Assembly: GCA_048213135.1 (NCBI GenBank)
Contig: PS015073.1
Location: 78,906-123,134 of the forward strand
Source of the DNA: Reclinomonas americana ATCC 50394
Taxonomy: Eukaryota
Reading direction: 5' to 3'
DNA length: 44,229 nucleotides
Below are positions 1 through 11,421 of this stretch, one piece after another (the stretch's first letter is position 1; every line of letters begins with the position of its first letter). A program made the position numbers and the translations under genes. Below the pieces are notes generated by a model that was not told where the DNA came from, did no database searches, and saw only the letters and a list, made by a program, of their open reading frames with translations.

Positions 1-240
1 TCCTCGTTTCCTACTCCTCCTCTCCTCTCCTCTCTCTCTCCTCCTCCTCCTCTCCTCTCTCCTCTCTCCTCTCTCCTCTCTCCTCTCTCCTCTCTCCTCT
101 CTCCTCTCTCCTCTCTCCCTCTCTCCTCTCCCCTCTCTCCTCTCCCCCTCTCCTCCCCCTTCTCCTTCCCCCTTCTCCTCCCCCTTCCCTTCCCCCCTTC
201 TTTCCCTTCCCCCGTGCCTCCCCCGTCTCCTTCCCCCCCT
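1..240. repeat. CT-rich low-complexity intron tract
   Basis: Almost pure C/T, upstream of the acceptor at 273. Confidence 0.95.
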
Positions 241-273
241 TGTTGCTCACTTGGCATCCCACCACCGTCGCAG

Positions 274-3200
274 TCTCAACAACGTCATTCGCAAGATGAC
301 GTTTCCTCAAGCATCAGTGGTCTCGACCACGCCTTCCACCCTCACCGGCACCTCATCGTCGCTCGTCACCGCCAGTGTCACGGGACTCACCACCAATACT
401 CTCTATTACTACCGCGCGGTGGCCACGTCGTCTGCGGTTCCTATCATCGGCAACGTATTCAGCGTTACCACCATGTCCAGCGCACCACAGCTGGCCAGTA
501 CAACGACAGCCGTGACCGCCGACAGCGCTGCCACCATGTACGGGACGGTCAACGCCAACGGCGTTGGTTCTGCCTCTGTCAAATTCGAGTTTGCGACCAC
601 GATGCCGGCGTTTGTGTGGAATGTGTCCACGGTTGCCGGGTTGGCAACAGTGTTTGGTACAGCAAATGGAGTTGGATCCGCCGCTCGCTTCAACGCACCG
701 CAGGGCATCACTCTCGACGGCCTCGGCAATGCATATATCACGGACACCGGGTACGTGCACAGTGACTGCACTCACATGTCTTATGCGCTCAATTCTTGTG
801 CTCGCTTTTATGTCGAACAGGTATAGCACCATTCGCAAAGTGGTGCTCAGCTCGTTCACTGTGAGCACATTCGCCGGCACTGCCGGATTCCGCGGGTACT
901 TGGATGGTACCGGCAGTGCTGCACGTTTCAATTCGTGCGTACACTGTTCCTCTCGAGCAAGTATTGTGCAGCACAAGCTGTCTAACTTTCTGGGGTTGGC
1001 AGTCCTGGGTCCGCGTCTTACGACACTGTCAACAACTTCCTGTATGTGGCCGACACCCTCAGTCACACCATCCGTCGTATCACCACCGGTGGTGTGGTGA
1101 CCACCATCGCCGGGCAGCCAGGCACTCCGCTGTGGATCGACGGCACTGGAAGTGCAGCGGCGTTCAATTCGCCACGCGGCGTGTTTGTGGACCCCGTCGG
1201 CCAAATGCTCTATGTCGCTGATACATCCAACCACGCCATTCGGTGAGCTGAAGGAGAAGAAAAAAGAAGAAAAGACTACGTCAAAGTTGAAAGGGAAGAG
1301 TAAGAGGAACATGAAGAGGAAGAGGCGGAAAGAGTGCTACGTGGCTCAGATATCTTGTTTGTGTGTGTGTGTGTGTGCGTGTACTTGTGAACGTGGAAGA
1401 GCGACAGAGTGCGAGAGATTCACCTGGCAAGCCTACATCTCTGCCCTAAATGGATGCGTTGTGCATGTACGCGTGAGAGAAGGAGCGTGCGAGACAAGGA
1501 CAGAATACTGGAGGCAGAGAGAAATATAGCTGGATCATGTCTCTCTCTCTTTCTCTCTCGTGGTGCTTTCTCTTCTCGTGTTGCCCGCTGGCCTTCTCCC
1601 ATGAGTTAGTCACTTTTTCCTTTGTCGTGCAGCACGGTCACTGCGGCAGCCGGTGGTACAGTGGTCACACTATTTGGATCAGGCCCAGCGTCCTCCGGCA
1701 GCACAGACAGCAGCGGCGGCACTCCAAAGTTCAGCAGCCCGTACCATGCTGTGTTCGATCGGGCCAACAACTTGCTCTACATTGTGGACCGTTCCAATCA
1801 TTGCATCCGGAAAATCGACCTCAGCACTATGCTAGTGACGACCTTTGCCGGCACCAAAGGGAGCAGTGGGTTCACTGACGGTCCCGTCGGCGTGGGTCGT
1901 TTACGCCTTCCCACTTCAGCGACGCAAGATACTGCGAGGAATGTGTTGTATGTGGCCGATGTTGCGTCGCTAGAGCATCTGAGAAGCGTTTATCTGTTGT
2001 TGTGTTCTCACCAGTGTGTTGTCTCGACGCAGCAAACGTCCAACAGCATCCGATCTGTATCCTCCACCGGCGTGATCACGACAGTCGCTGGTTTGGCGTC
2101 ACTTACAACCGACTCAGTTGACGGCGCGTCATTGGCTGCACGATTCAATCAGCCCGTTGCGTCTCAATACAGCACTTGAATGCGTGGCCATCTTGTGCCT
2201 CACACATTGAATGCAGTACGGCATCGTGCTGGACCCGGTGTCGGGCATCCTGTACATCACCGATCAGTCCAATTACACGCTACGTACACTGACGACTCCG
2301 ACGGCCACGTCGGTGGCTGGCACACCGAGTCCTGTCACAGGCTCATCGACAGTGACCGCCAGCGGTGCTGCAACGGCACTAACGCTGCGAGGGACGTACT
2401 ATTATCGCATCGTGGCGACGATTGGCCTGGTGGTGCAGTATGGCACGCTCCGCACGTTTGTGGCCGAAGCCACGTTTACCGCATCGACTCCAACCAATGT
2501 GTTCCAAGTTGCCGGTCAGTGTTTGTCGTTGACGCGCACCGACAGCGCGCAGAATGTGGGAGCCGATGCGCAAGCGGTGGTGCTCAGTGCCACGACTTGC
2601 AGCACGGGGTGCGTGGTGATGGAAAGAGAGAAAGGAGAGAAGAGAAAGAGAGAAGGATCGTGTGCATCCATGCGTCAGATCGTGTTGTGGAGCATTGTGT
2701 TTATGAGTTGCTCCTGCACATTTGTGTGTATGCGCACATCCTCATAGAGTGACGGGGAGTTGTGTGCTTGGTTTGCATCTCTCTGTGTTTCTATGTGCGT
2801 CCGTAAGTGAGTGCTGTGTGTGCTGTTGAGTTCTTGAATTTCTCCTCACTCCCTGTGGATGTGTGCATTGTGTACATTGAGTGTGTGTGTGGATGTGTAT
2901 GTGTGTGTCTCTCGAAGCATCATGTGCATGAACTTTGCCTCTCTCTCTCTCTGTCAGCGCTTGTGTGTGTGCGTGTGCATGTTGCAAACCGTTGCCCACT
3001 TAACGTGTCCCTGTCAGTAACGATTTCTTCTCTCTCTTTCTCATATTCTCTGTTGCAGCTTCGCTGTGGCCTTCTCCCTCCCAGCGACAGTGGTGTCGAA
3101 CACGCAAGTTCTTGCCACCATCAACGGATCATTGTTGATGCCGGCCACCACGTACCGAGTGTGCGGTCGCATGTCGTCTTCGTCGCCGTACTATGATGCT

Positions 3201-6200
3201 GGTTCTGTGCAGGCGTCAGGTGCGGTCTTGTTGCTCACTTTTTATTCCCCGTCGATACGGTCTCCTGATTTGTTGCGCCTCCTTCATATTTTCAGTTGCC
3301 GTCACGCAAGTGTCGCCGCTCGCGCTGTTCCGCCGTGCGTCAGAGGTGGTGACAGTGACTGGCACCTCGTTGCCCAACTTGTCGTCCGACTCGCAAGCGT
3401 ATGCACTGTCATCTGGCTCGACTTGCGCAGCGGCTTCATCGTCAGTGGCAATCACCGCGTCATATCCGTCGACGACCAGCTCGACGTTCACATTTGACTC
3501 GTCGTCGCTGGCGGTGGGAACGTACACGCTTTGCGTGCGGTGCGTTGTCTGTGTTTCTTTGTGTTGTTTGCCTACGCTGCTGCAATACCATTGCTCATCC
3601 TCACTGTGCACACTCACAGACCCGTTTCGGCGTGCACGAGCTGGGCGGCGCTGACCACCATTACGATTCCGTCATTCAGCCTGTCGCCGGCTGTGATTGG
3701 TTCCTCAGCTACGGCGCAGATCACGATCAGTGGCACTCTGTTTGTCAATGTGTTTGGATCGGACAGCAGTGCGCTCAGCTTTGGGTGTCAGGAGAGCGTT
3801 GCGCAAGCTACGGCAGCTGCCGTGACGGGCACGTACACCAGTGCATCGCTGATGAAAGCTACGCTGGATACGACCAGCATTCCATCGGGCGCCTACACTC
3901 TCTGGTGCGTCTGCATGGAGAGTCTCGTGCTTGTTGTGCGTTTTCCACGGGTTACTGATTGTTGGTGTCGATGCGCACAGCATTCGATGGAGTGCGTCAG
4001 CAGTCGCTGGCGCGCTCGGCGTGGTCAACATTGCCCGTGCGACCTCTGTGTCACCGGCTCTGGTCTTTATCAATGCCAGCAACTCGTGAGTTTGCTGAAG
4101 AGTGATGCACTCGAGATGTTGAATTTGGAACTCATGATGCCCCTTCATCCAACAGTCATACGGTGCAAGTCGGAGGTGGTGGATTCGTGTCATCATTGGC
4201 CAGCGACGCTTCCCTATTTGTGGTGTCGTCGTCGTGTGCGGCCGCGGCACCGACAGCAGTAATGTCAACGTCGACACAGTCGACGCAGTATATCGATGCA
4301 CAGACGTTGTCAACCAGCGTCGTGAGTGCCTCGGCGACGACGCCAGCGGGTAACTATCAGCTGTGTGAGTTTGGGGGAGCGAAGAGAGAAGAATATGCAG
4401 TTCATCGGCTTGAGTGTCGCTTTTATCGTTCTCATGCCCGGGTGTTCTTATACAGGCATTCGGTGGTCGACTGGTGCAACGACATACGAAAGTGCTGGCG
4501 CCTTGGCGCTGGCTTCTGTCTCAAGCATTGCGCCGCCGATTATTCCTGCGGGGTACAGCACGCAGCTGCAGATCTCGGGTGGTGGCTTCTTGGCGTCGCT
4601 GCAGACGGTGGCGCGCATGCTGGTGTTGACCAGCGGCTCGTGCAGCGTGAGCGCGGACACGACGGCGGGTGTGGGCGGGATAGTCGATTCAGTGACGGGC
4701 TCGTCAGCCATAGCAGTGACGGTGTCACCAAGCTCGTCGTTGACCGGTGGTGTGTATCGCGTGTGTATGCGTGCGACACCGACTTCGGCATACGAGGATG
4801 TCTATCCAGCTGGGATTTCGATTGGTGAGTGACTTGACACTTGTGCATTGTTGCAAGTTGGCTGGGCTCGCGTCTTTCCTCTCTGTCTTGCTTCCCTTGT
4901 GACTCACTCGTGTTGTGTTTGTGTTCAATGTGCAGTTTCTGCGTCGACATTCAGTCCGTCGACCAAACTGCTCGGCGAGGGCGGAACGCTGGTGGTGACG
5001 GGAGTGGGACTGTCGGTCAATGGTACGGTGCGCACAGTTCGCATCGAGCCGGGTTCGGTTTGCACGAGTGGCGCTGGGTCGACAGCTGCTGGTGGCACAG
5101 TGACGATGACGAGTGCAAACATGAGCCACAATGCGGGACTGACGGAACTGACGGTGACGTTGACGGGCGGATTGAGTGTGGCAGGTCCATATCGAGTGTG
5201 CGTGGAGTACATGAGTACGGTTGACAGTGACGATGTGTTTGTTGCGGTGGAGAGTGGCGTGGTTCTTGTTGGTGAGTGATTGCGGTAAAGGAGGGGGAAA
5301 GACGGGTAGAGAAGGGGGGAAGAGGAGGAAGAGAAGGGAAGATAAGGTGTGAGAATAATCGAGAAGGAGACACAGTGTGAGAGGTTGTGTGACGAGACAA
5401 CGGCACGTGTTGATCTTGTTTCCAATCAAGATCTCAAGCACGCTTTGTTATAGATATAATATCGAATCTCGGAGAGACATACCAGAGCGATGTACACTGT
5501 TGCTGATGAAGTCCGTTGCGCACAGCGACCGTGTCCGGGATTGTAGCACCAGGCGAGGTCGTGGCTGCTGCTGGCGGATCGACTGTGGTGATTGGCGGTC
5601 AGGGACTGGGGAGTGCATCGATTCGGGCAGTGAGGTTCGAGAGTGGCAGCATGTGCACGACGGGCGGTGGAGCGCCGAGTGGACCGTATGTGGATGTGAG
5701 CAGCAGTGGCGGCGGTGTGTCGACGAACGCAGGCAATGGGTACACGTCGACGACGGTGACGCTGCCGGCGGCTGGCGGATTGCCTGCTGGAGTGTGGATT
5801 GTGTGTGTGGAGTTTGCGGGCAGTGCGATTGGGAGCGGATCGTTTGTGCGGGTCGCGGGTGATGTGGTTGCGAGTTGCGTTGAAGCGGGAAGATGTTTTA
5901 AACAAGAGGGTCGGGTGTGAGAGTGCGAGAGTGTGAGGCAGATAATTCCTGTATTTTTTGCAGAAGTGTTGAACTTGTCCCGTTGTGTGTTATCTTTATG
6001 TCTCTCCCGTTCTTGTTGTGTTTCTCACTTTCTTGTTGTGCTGATTAGCTTTGATCTCTTTCTCTCTCTTGTCACTTTCACTCACTCTTCTCTATCCCCT
6101 TCTCCAGCCACCACGAACAGCGCTGCGTCGAGCTTCAGTCCGCACTCGCAGTTGCCAAATACGGTGACCACGATTGTGATCACGGGTGTATCGTTGGCAC

Positions 6201-8864
6201 CTCGTGTGGGTGTGAGAACGGTACGAGTGGAACCCGGCACCGTGTGTACCAGCGGCGCGGGCAATGTGCCGGTCATGGGAACTGTGACGGTTCCGTCGAC
6301 ATCTGCGATGCAACTGTCGGTGAACGGAGGGTGGACGGAGTTGAGTGTGTCGGTGGGAGCATTTGCGACGGTGGGGACACGAGTGGTGTGTGTGCAGTAT
6401 GCGTGGACACCGGTTGCGGCGGAGACTTATGCGCAGGTGGCGGATTTTTTTGTCGTGTACGGTACGCTTCATGATTTTTTCTCTCTCACGGTGTGTAACG
6501 AGACTTACGTGTTTCTTCTGGTTGTCACAGATATTCCATTCGCCTTCAGTCCCTCCACGGTGACACCGCCGCTGCCGTTCCAGCTGGTGGTGTTCGGCGT
6601 GCTGCTAAGTGCATCGACCGTGTCTGCAGTTCGGGTTCAGCGCAGTCCATTGTGCAGCTCTGGTGCAGCAGCGGCATCGTTTGCGTTGGATTTCGCGGGC
6701 GCGGATCTCGACTTTGCTGTCGATTTCTCCACTGTCTCCGCCATGGTACCACAACTGGATCCAGCATCGTACAGCGTGTGCGTTCGGATGGCGCCCTCAC
6801 TCTCTGCGGCTGGATTCGTTCGTGTCTCTTCATTCTCTCTCAACGTGTTTGCCGGTGCGTGTGCTGCTGCCACCACACTGTGTGCTTTCCTCTCACTCGT
6901 CTGTTTGCTTACTTCCGACAACAGGACCATCGATCTCCATGGTCGCCCCACTGCCGGGTGCGACGTGGGTGCGCCGCAACGCGTATTCGGTGTCGTGGAC
7001 GTGCTACAGCGTTGGACAGGCGGTGATGATTGATACGGTGGATGTGTTGCTGCTGCATGCCACGGGAGCCGCCCATTCGTTTTCTATTGCCAGTTGCGCG
7101 CACACTCCATGTCCTCGCGTCTTCACCCTTCTGCGTGCATATCATGTCGACCAACCACGTGCTCGCAGACAACGTACCGTGCGTGTGCGACGGCCAGACT
7201 GTGAATCGCCTGCCAAGCGACTGGGCCGTCAGCCCCGATGTGCTCACCGACAGCGGCAACGAAGTGGTCGTACAGCAAGTGGTTCCGAGTGGCACGCCGC
7301 CACTCACTGCCTGGTCGAGAATCCAAGTGCAGCCGCGACAGATTGTCGTCTTGTATCCCACCGACGCCATCAATGTGCACAACGACAGTGTGATTCCAGT
7401 GACGTTTGCGTGCAATCGCAGCGAGCTGCGTCGCGTGCGAGTGGCGGTGACTGTGCCGAATGTAGATGTGGACTCGCTGGGCAACTTTGAGTTCACGGAT
7501 GTGCCGCAGAGTCTGCCAGCTCGCGACCGCGACCTGGCCGACGAGGATTCGCAGCGGGTCGACCTCAGCAGTCCGCTTCTGCTGGCATCGTACGTGGTGA
7601 ACGCCACGTGCGACACTGCCGTGCCGAACTTGTTTGCGTTCAATGTCACGTCCTGGGAGGGTCCGCCACTGTTGCGCATCCTTGTGCTTGACGATTTCGA
7701 CACGGACGAGCTGCTTGTCGGCAAGTCCGGCACGATTGTGCTGGTTGACAATCAAGGCAATGCTGCCACTGCTGCTGGTGCAACTGGTGATGCTGGTGGT
7801 GGTAGTAGCAGCGGTGGTGTAACTGGCGTTGGTGGAGGAAGTGGTGTGGGACCGGTGGATGGGGGAAGTGCGGTTAATGGCGACTCATCGTCATCGTCGT
7901 CGGATGTGCAAGGACCTACGTCTGATGGCGGAGCTGTGAAATATTGGTGGTGGATCTTCTTGGTCATTACGGCTGTCGCGGTCTCGATCCTCATGGTGGT
8001 GTGGTGGCGACGCCGGCGAAGACATGACCGTCGGGTAGAGGAAGCACGCGCGTTGATGGAGGCGGACATGACGGAGCAGATGGAGATGGTTGATGTCGAG
8101 GAAGAGATGAGAGGTTTGGGGAAGGGAGATGGAGGGAGGGAATGGCGAGGGAGGGAATGAGAGAGCAGAATTGGCAAGGAAGGGAAAGATGGAGAGAATG
8201 GGAGATTGAGAGGCGGATAAACAGAGTGTGTGAGAGAGTGTACATGTGGGAGAGCGAGGAGCGATATTGGGCTTGAAATCAGGAAGAGAGAGAGAGGGAG
8301 AGAGAGAGGGAGGGAGAGGGAGAGGAGCAGAGGGAGAGGAGCAGAGGGAGAGGAGCAGAAAGAGTGAGGGAGAGGAGCAGAGGGAGAGGAGCAGAAATAG
8401 CGAGGGAGAGAGCGAGAGAGAGAGGGAGAGAGGGAGAGAGGGAGAGAGGGAGAGAGGGAGAGAGGGAGAGAGGGAGAGAGGGAGAGTGAGTGCGTGAGAG
8501 AGAGAGGGAGAGAGAGAGAGGAGGAGAGAGGAGAGGAGGAGAGAGGAGAGGAGGTAATTAAATTAGTAGGAAGATACTCGACCTAGTTTGGTGGCAGTCG
8601 ACGAAGCGGTAGGTGTGATAGAATGAGATGACAGCTAGAACGACTAGAGTGGATAGCAGCNNNNNNNNNNNNNNNNNNNNNNNNNNNNNNNNNNNNNNNN
8701 NNNNNNNNNNNNNNNNNNNNNNNNNNNNNNNNNNNNNNNNNNNNNNNNNNNNNNNNNNNNNNNNNNNNNNNNNNNNNNNNNNNNNNNNNNNNNNNNNNNN
8801 NNNNNNNNNNNNNNNNNNNNNNNNNNNNNNNNNNNNNNNNNNNGAGCGTGTGCTGAGCGTACGC

Positions 8865-8913
<49 letters not shown>

Positions 8914-10174
8914 GAGAGAGGGAGAGAGGAGAGAGGGATTAAATTATTGGAAGATATCGCCATTTGTGGGCAGTCGCAAGCGAGGTGTGATGAATGAGAT
9001 GCAGCTGAACGACTAGATGGATAGCAGCAGACAGATGACTGTGATGTCAGTGTACGGGAGAAAGATAATTCATCGCGAGATCCAGTCAGGCAGGGGGTAA
9101 AGTGAACGCGAAAGAGATGCGGCTAAACGACCAGATATATAGCAGCAGAGAGACAGACGACTGTGGTGTCAGTGTATGGGAGAAAGGTATTTCATCACGA
9201 GAACGAGGCAGGCAGGGGGTAAAGTGAATGTGAATGGGATGCAGTTGAGCCATCACATGGATAGTGGCAGAGAGACAGACGACATTTATTTCAGTGTAGT
9301 GTTGGGAGAAAGATACTCATCCAGCACGGCAAAGGGGAAATGGAATGTGAACGGGATACGGCTGAAGTCAACTGTGGGTCGACTGTCTGAGACAGATTTC
9401 TCATGCGACACAATAGCGCATCTCTGTCGAACTCTTTTCAATTGTTCACTCCCTTTTATTGTCACGTGCAGATGAACCCGTCGGTACTGGACTCACAGCG
9501 CTGCTGGTGCGTAATCGCAGAGAAGACGTATTTCGCAGTAGAGAGCTGCTTCTTGTCACACGCAAAGATTCAGCATGAGCAAACCCACCTGAGTGTTTGC
9601 GGCTCTTTTGCTGACGATGAATCGTGCAGGCACCACCGCCTCCACCACCTTTGCCACCTGTCGGCTTTGCAATTCCTCGACAACACAACTTCCAACAGAT
9701 GTTGCAGGCATTCCAGTCGAGACAACGTCACCTGCAGGAGGTGAGCTGGCCAGGCTTTCGCTATGCGCTCGCACTCAGCACCTAACTTTGAGGCAAACAG
9801 ACGGCTGACCGAGACCTCCCGTACCCACCCTCCGTTGATGACGATGCGAGGCTGCTTGAATTGCCTGGTGAGTGTGCTCTCTCTGAAATTGTGAGTCCGT
9901 CCTCTCATGTCGTTCTCCACCCCACCAGGCCTGCGATACGAGGCGATTGTGTTGACGAGCGCCACGATAACCACCCCTTCGAATTCTGAGCGCGATGATC
10001 CATTTGTTATAACTCGACCTTCTCTGCGTTGCGTAACATCGCAGTGCCAGTGTGTACTGCCTCACGTGCTCATGCGGTCTGTGTGCAGTGTTGCGACGCT
10101 TGGTGGAGGAGCGACTGCGGAGATATAGTGGGCGTCCGCCATTGACCGATGACCGTGATGCGGATGTGGAGTGA
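274..10174 (+). CDS. Gene A (5'-partial): NHL-repeat / FN3-like / Ig-like type-I membrane protein
   Basis: Manually spliced GT-AG exons with consistent phases: 274-750, 821-934, 1003-1242, 1633-1960, 2033-2155, 2217-2608, 3059-3219, 3296-3539, 3620-3904, 3981-4085, 4156-4364, 4456-4824, 4936-5271, 5526-5873, 6108-6461, 6531-6854, 6925-7092, 7169-8113, 9472-9506, 9630-9740, 9801-9867, 9929-10027, 10089-10174 (TGA). Splicing restores NHL motifs (FNxPxG...YVADxxNxxIR) and GxYxLCxR motifs across junctions. Confidence 0.85.
616..2300 (+). other. 6 NHL-type blades (third propeller), gene A
   Basis: Blades FNAPQG, FNSPGS, FNSPRG, FSSPYH, LRLPTS, FNQPYG. Equivalent regions are about 16250-17990 (B) and about 32815-34510 (C). 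Confidence 0.8.
2460..7760 (+). other. About nine Cys-paired IPT/Ig-like repeats plus about two repeats of a second beta-sandwich type, gene A
   Basis: Units of about 110 aa start with S-x-S-P...V-T-V-T-G, carry a central Cys and end G-x-Y-x-[LV]-C-[VIM]-R. The last units start SISMVAPLPGATWVRRNAYSVSWTC. Fold assignment is by eye only. Confidence 0.6.
7942..8007 (+). other. Transmembrane helix, gene A
   Basis: YWWWIFLVITAVAVSILMVVWW, preceded by a Gly/Ser linker and followed by RRRRR (positive-inside). Confidence 0.9.
8280..8553. repeat. GA-rich microsatellite-like tract
   Basis: (GA)n and GGGAGAGA units in intron 8114-9471; paralogous tract at 24780-24891. Confidence 0.9.
8995..9370. repeat. 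Imperfect tandem repeat of about 120 bp (about 3 copies), intronic
   Basis: Recurring gatgcRgYtRa...atggatagYRgcagagagacagacgac...gggagaaagRta...ggcagggggtaaagtgaa near 8997, 9117 and 9238; paralog at about 24950-25290. Confidence 0.75.
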
Positions 10175-10264
10175 AGCGGTTTGCGGAACGAAAAACGCAA
10201 AGTAGACAGCGAGTCGAGGCATTCTCTCTCGATTGGGCAGGAATCGGCGTGACCGTGTGGAGTA

Positions 10265-10314
10265 TGGTATGGCCATATCAAGCAGTTTTTGGTATGGCCA
10301 CATCAAGCAGTTTG
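10265..10314. repeat. 25-bp tandem duplication in the A-B intergenic spacer
   Basis: tggtatggccatatcaagcagtttt / tggtatggccacatcaagcagtttg. Confidence 0.85.
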
Positions 10315-10468
10315 ATTGGCGAAATTATTGTCTACTTTCCATTCGTCTATTTGTTTGTGTTTGTGCGTGTGCGTGTGATTATTCGTGTTTTGCGAGTACG
10401 CGCGCGCACGTGTGTGTGTTCACTTGCTTTGTTATTGTGACACCAAGCGTGCGTGTCTATTTGCTGCG

Positions 10469-10720
10469 ATGATGTTCGAGGCAAGTTTGTCTGCAAAAAA
10501 AAGGAAACGACAATGTCGGCGGCAGCAGCGCTGGCAGAGGTGAGACACACCACTGCGCAGTTCTCACACGAGAGAGGCAGAGAGCACAGAGTGTGCATGT
10601 GTTCATTATTGGACAAATCATCGCTCTCACACACACTCACACACTCACTCACTCCACAGTGTGTTGCTGCTGCCACTGCTGCTCCTCCTCGTCGCCTGCT
10701 CGCCTCCACTCGCACACGCT
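10469..10720 (+). other. Signal peptide of gene B, split by intron 10540-10659
   Basis: Spliced sequence MMFEASLSAKKRKRQCRRQQRWQSVLLLPLLLLLVACSPPLAHA|AQ has a basic n-region, a Leu-rich h-region and an A-x-A cleavage motif. Gene C has the same layout (26425-26480 plus 27078 onward). Confidence 0.75.
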
Positions 10721-11210
10721 GCACAGACAGTGGCCACTGGCCCCGCGAGTGAGATCCTCGTCAATGGCGCCACCATGAGCGCACTGGCCTCCGCCAATGA
10801 TCAGCCTTCGACCGCGGTCTCCATGCAGTATGGTACCTCGCAGACCATGTTTTACTCGTATTCTTCGGTGTTGGGAGGCACGCCACCGGCGCCGGGTTCG
10901 ACGCTGGGCACGGGCACAGCGGCGCAGTTCTATGGACCTGCTGGAATCGCTGTTGACTCGCTGGGCAACGTCTATGTGGCGGATCGGTGAGGGAGAAGAG
11001 GGAGTCTGAGAGAGATGGAGGAGAGAGGGGGAAGAGAGGGAGAGAGAGAGAGGAGAGGAGAGACAGGGGACAGGAAGGGGGAGAGGGAGAGGATGGGCAC
11101 CGATTCGTGGTGTGAAGGACTCTGCGTAGGAACAAGTGGATGTGGCTGGGATCGCACACTAGTTTGTGCTTCGTGTTGATGCATGAGTTGGGAGTGGGAT
11201 TGGTGATTCA

Positions 11211-11242
<32 letters not shown>

Positions 11243-11385
11243 GGAGGGAGGAGGATGACGGCATCTTCTTGCAGCTGCGGAGACTGGCAGTCGGTGAGTG
11301 AGATCTGTGCCGGAGACGCAGCATGAGCCGCACTTGTTTATTCACAGAGACACACCAAGGAAGATGAAGACTGATACTCGCGACG

Positions 11386-11421
<36 letters not shown>

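Noticed and set aside
1961-2033. Alternative reading of the GTTGCG introns as G|TT...AGN| non-GT-AG introns
   Set aside because: It keeps the frame but needs a variable last intron base and breaks consensus junctions such as VAD|TGNH; GT-AG boundaries are more parsimonious.
8900-10200. Separate small gene or mobile element between the copies
   Set aside because: The region resolves into phase-compatible tail exons of the upstream gene; no transposase, RT, terminal repeats or target-site duplication are visible.
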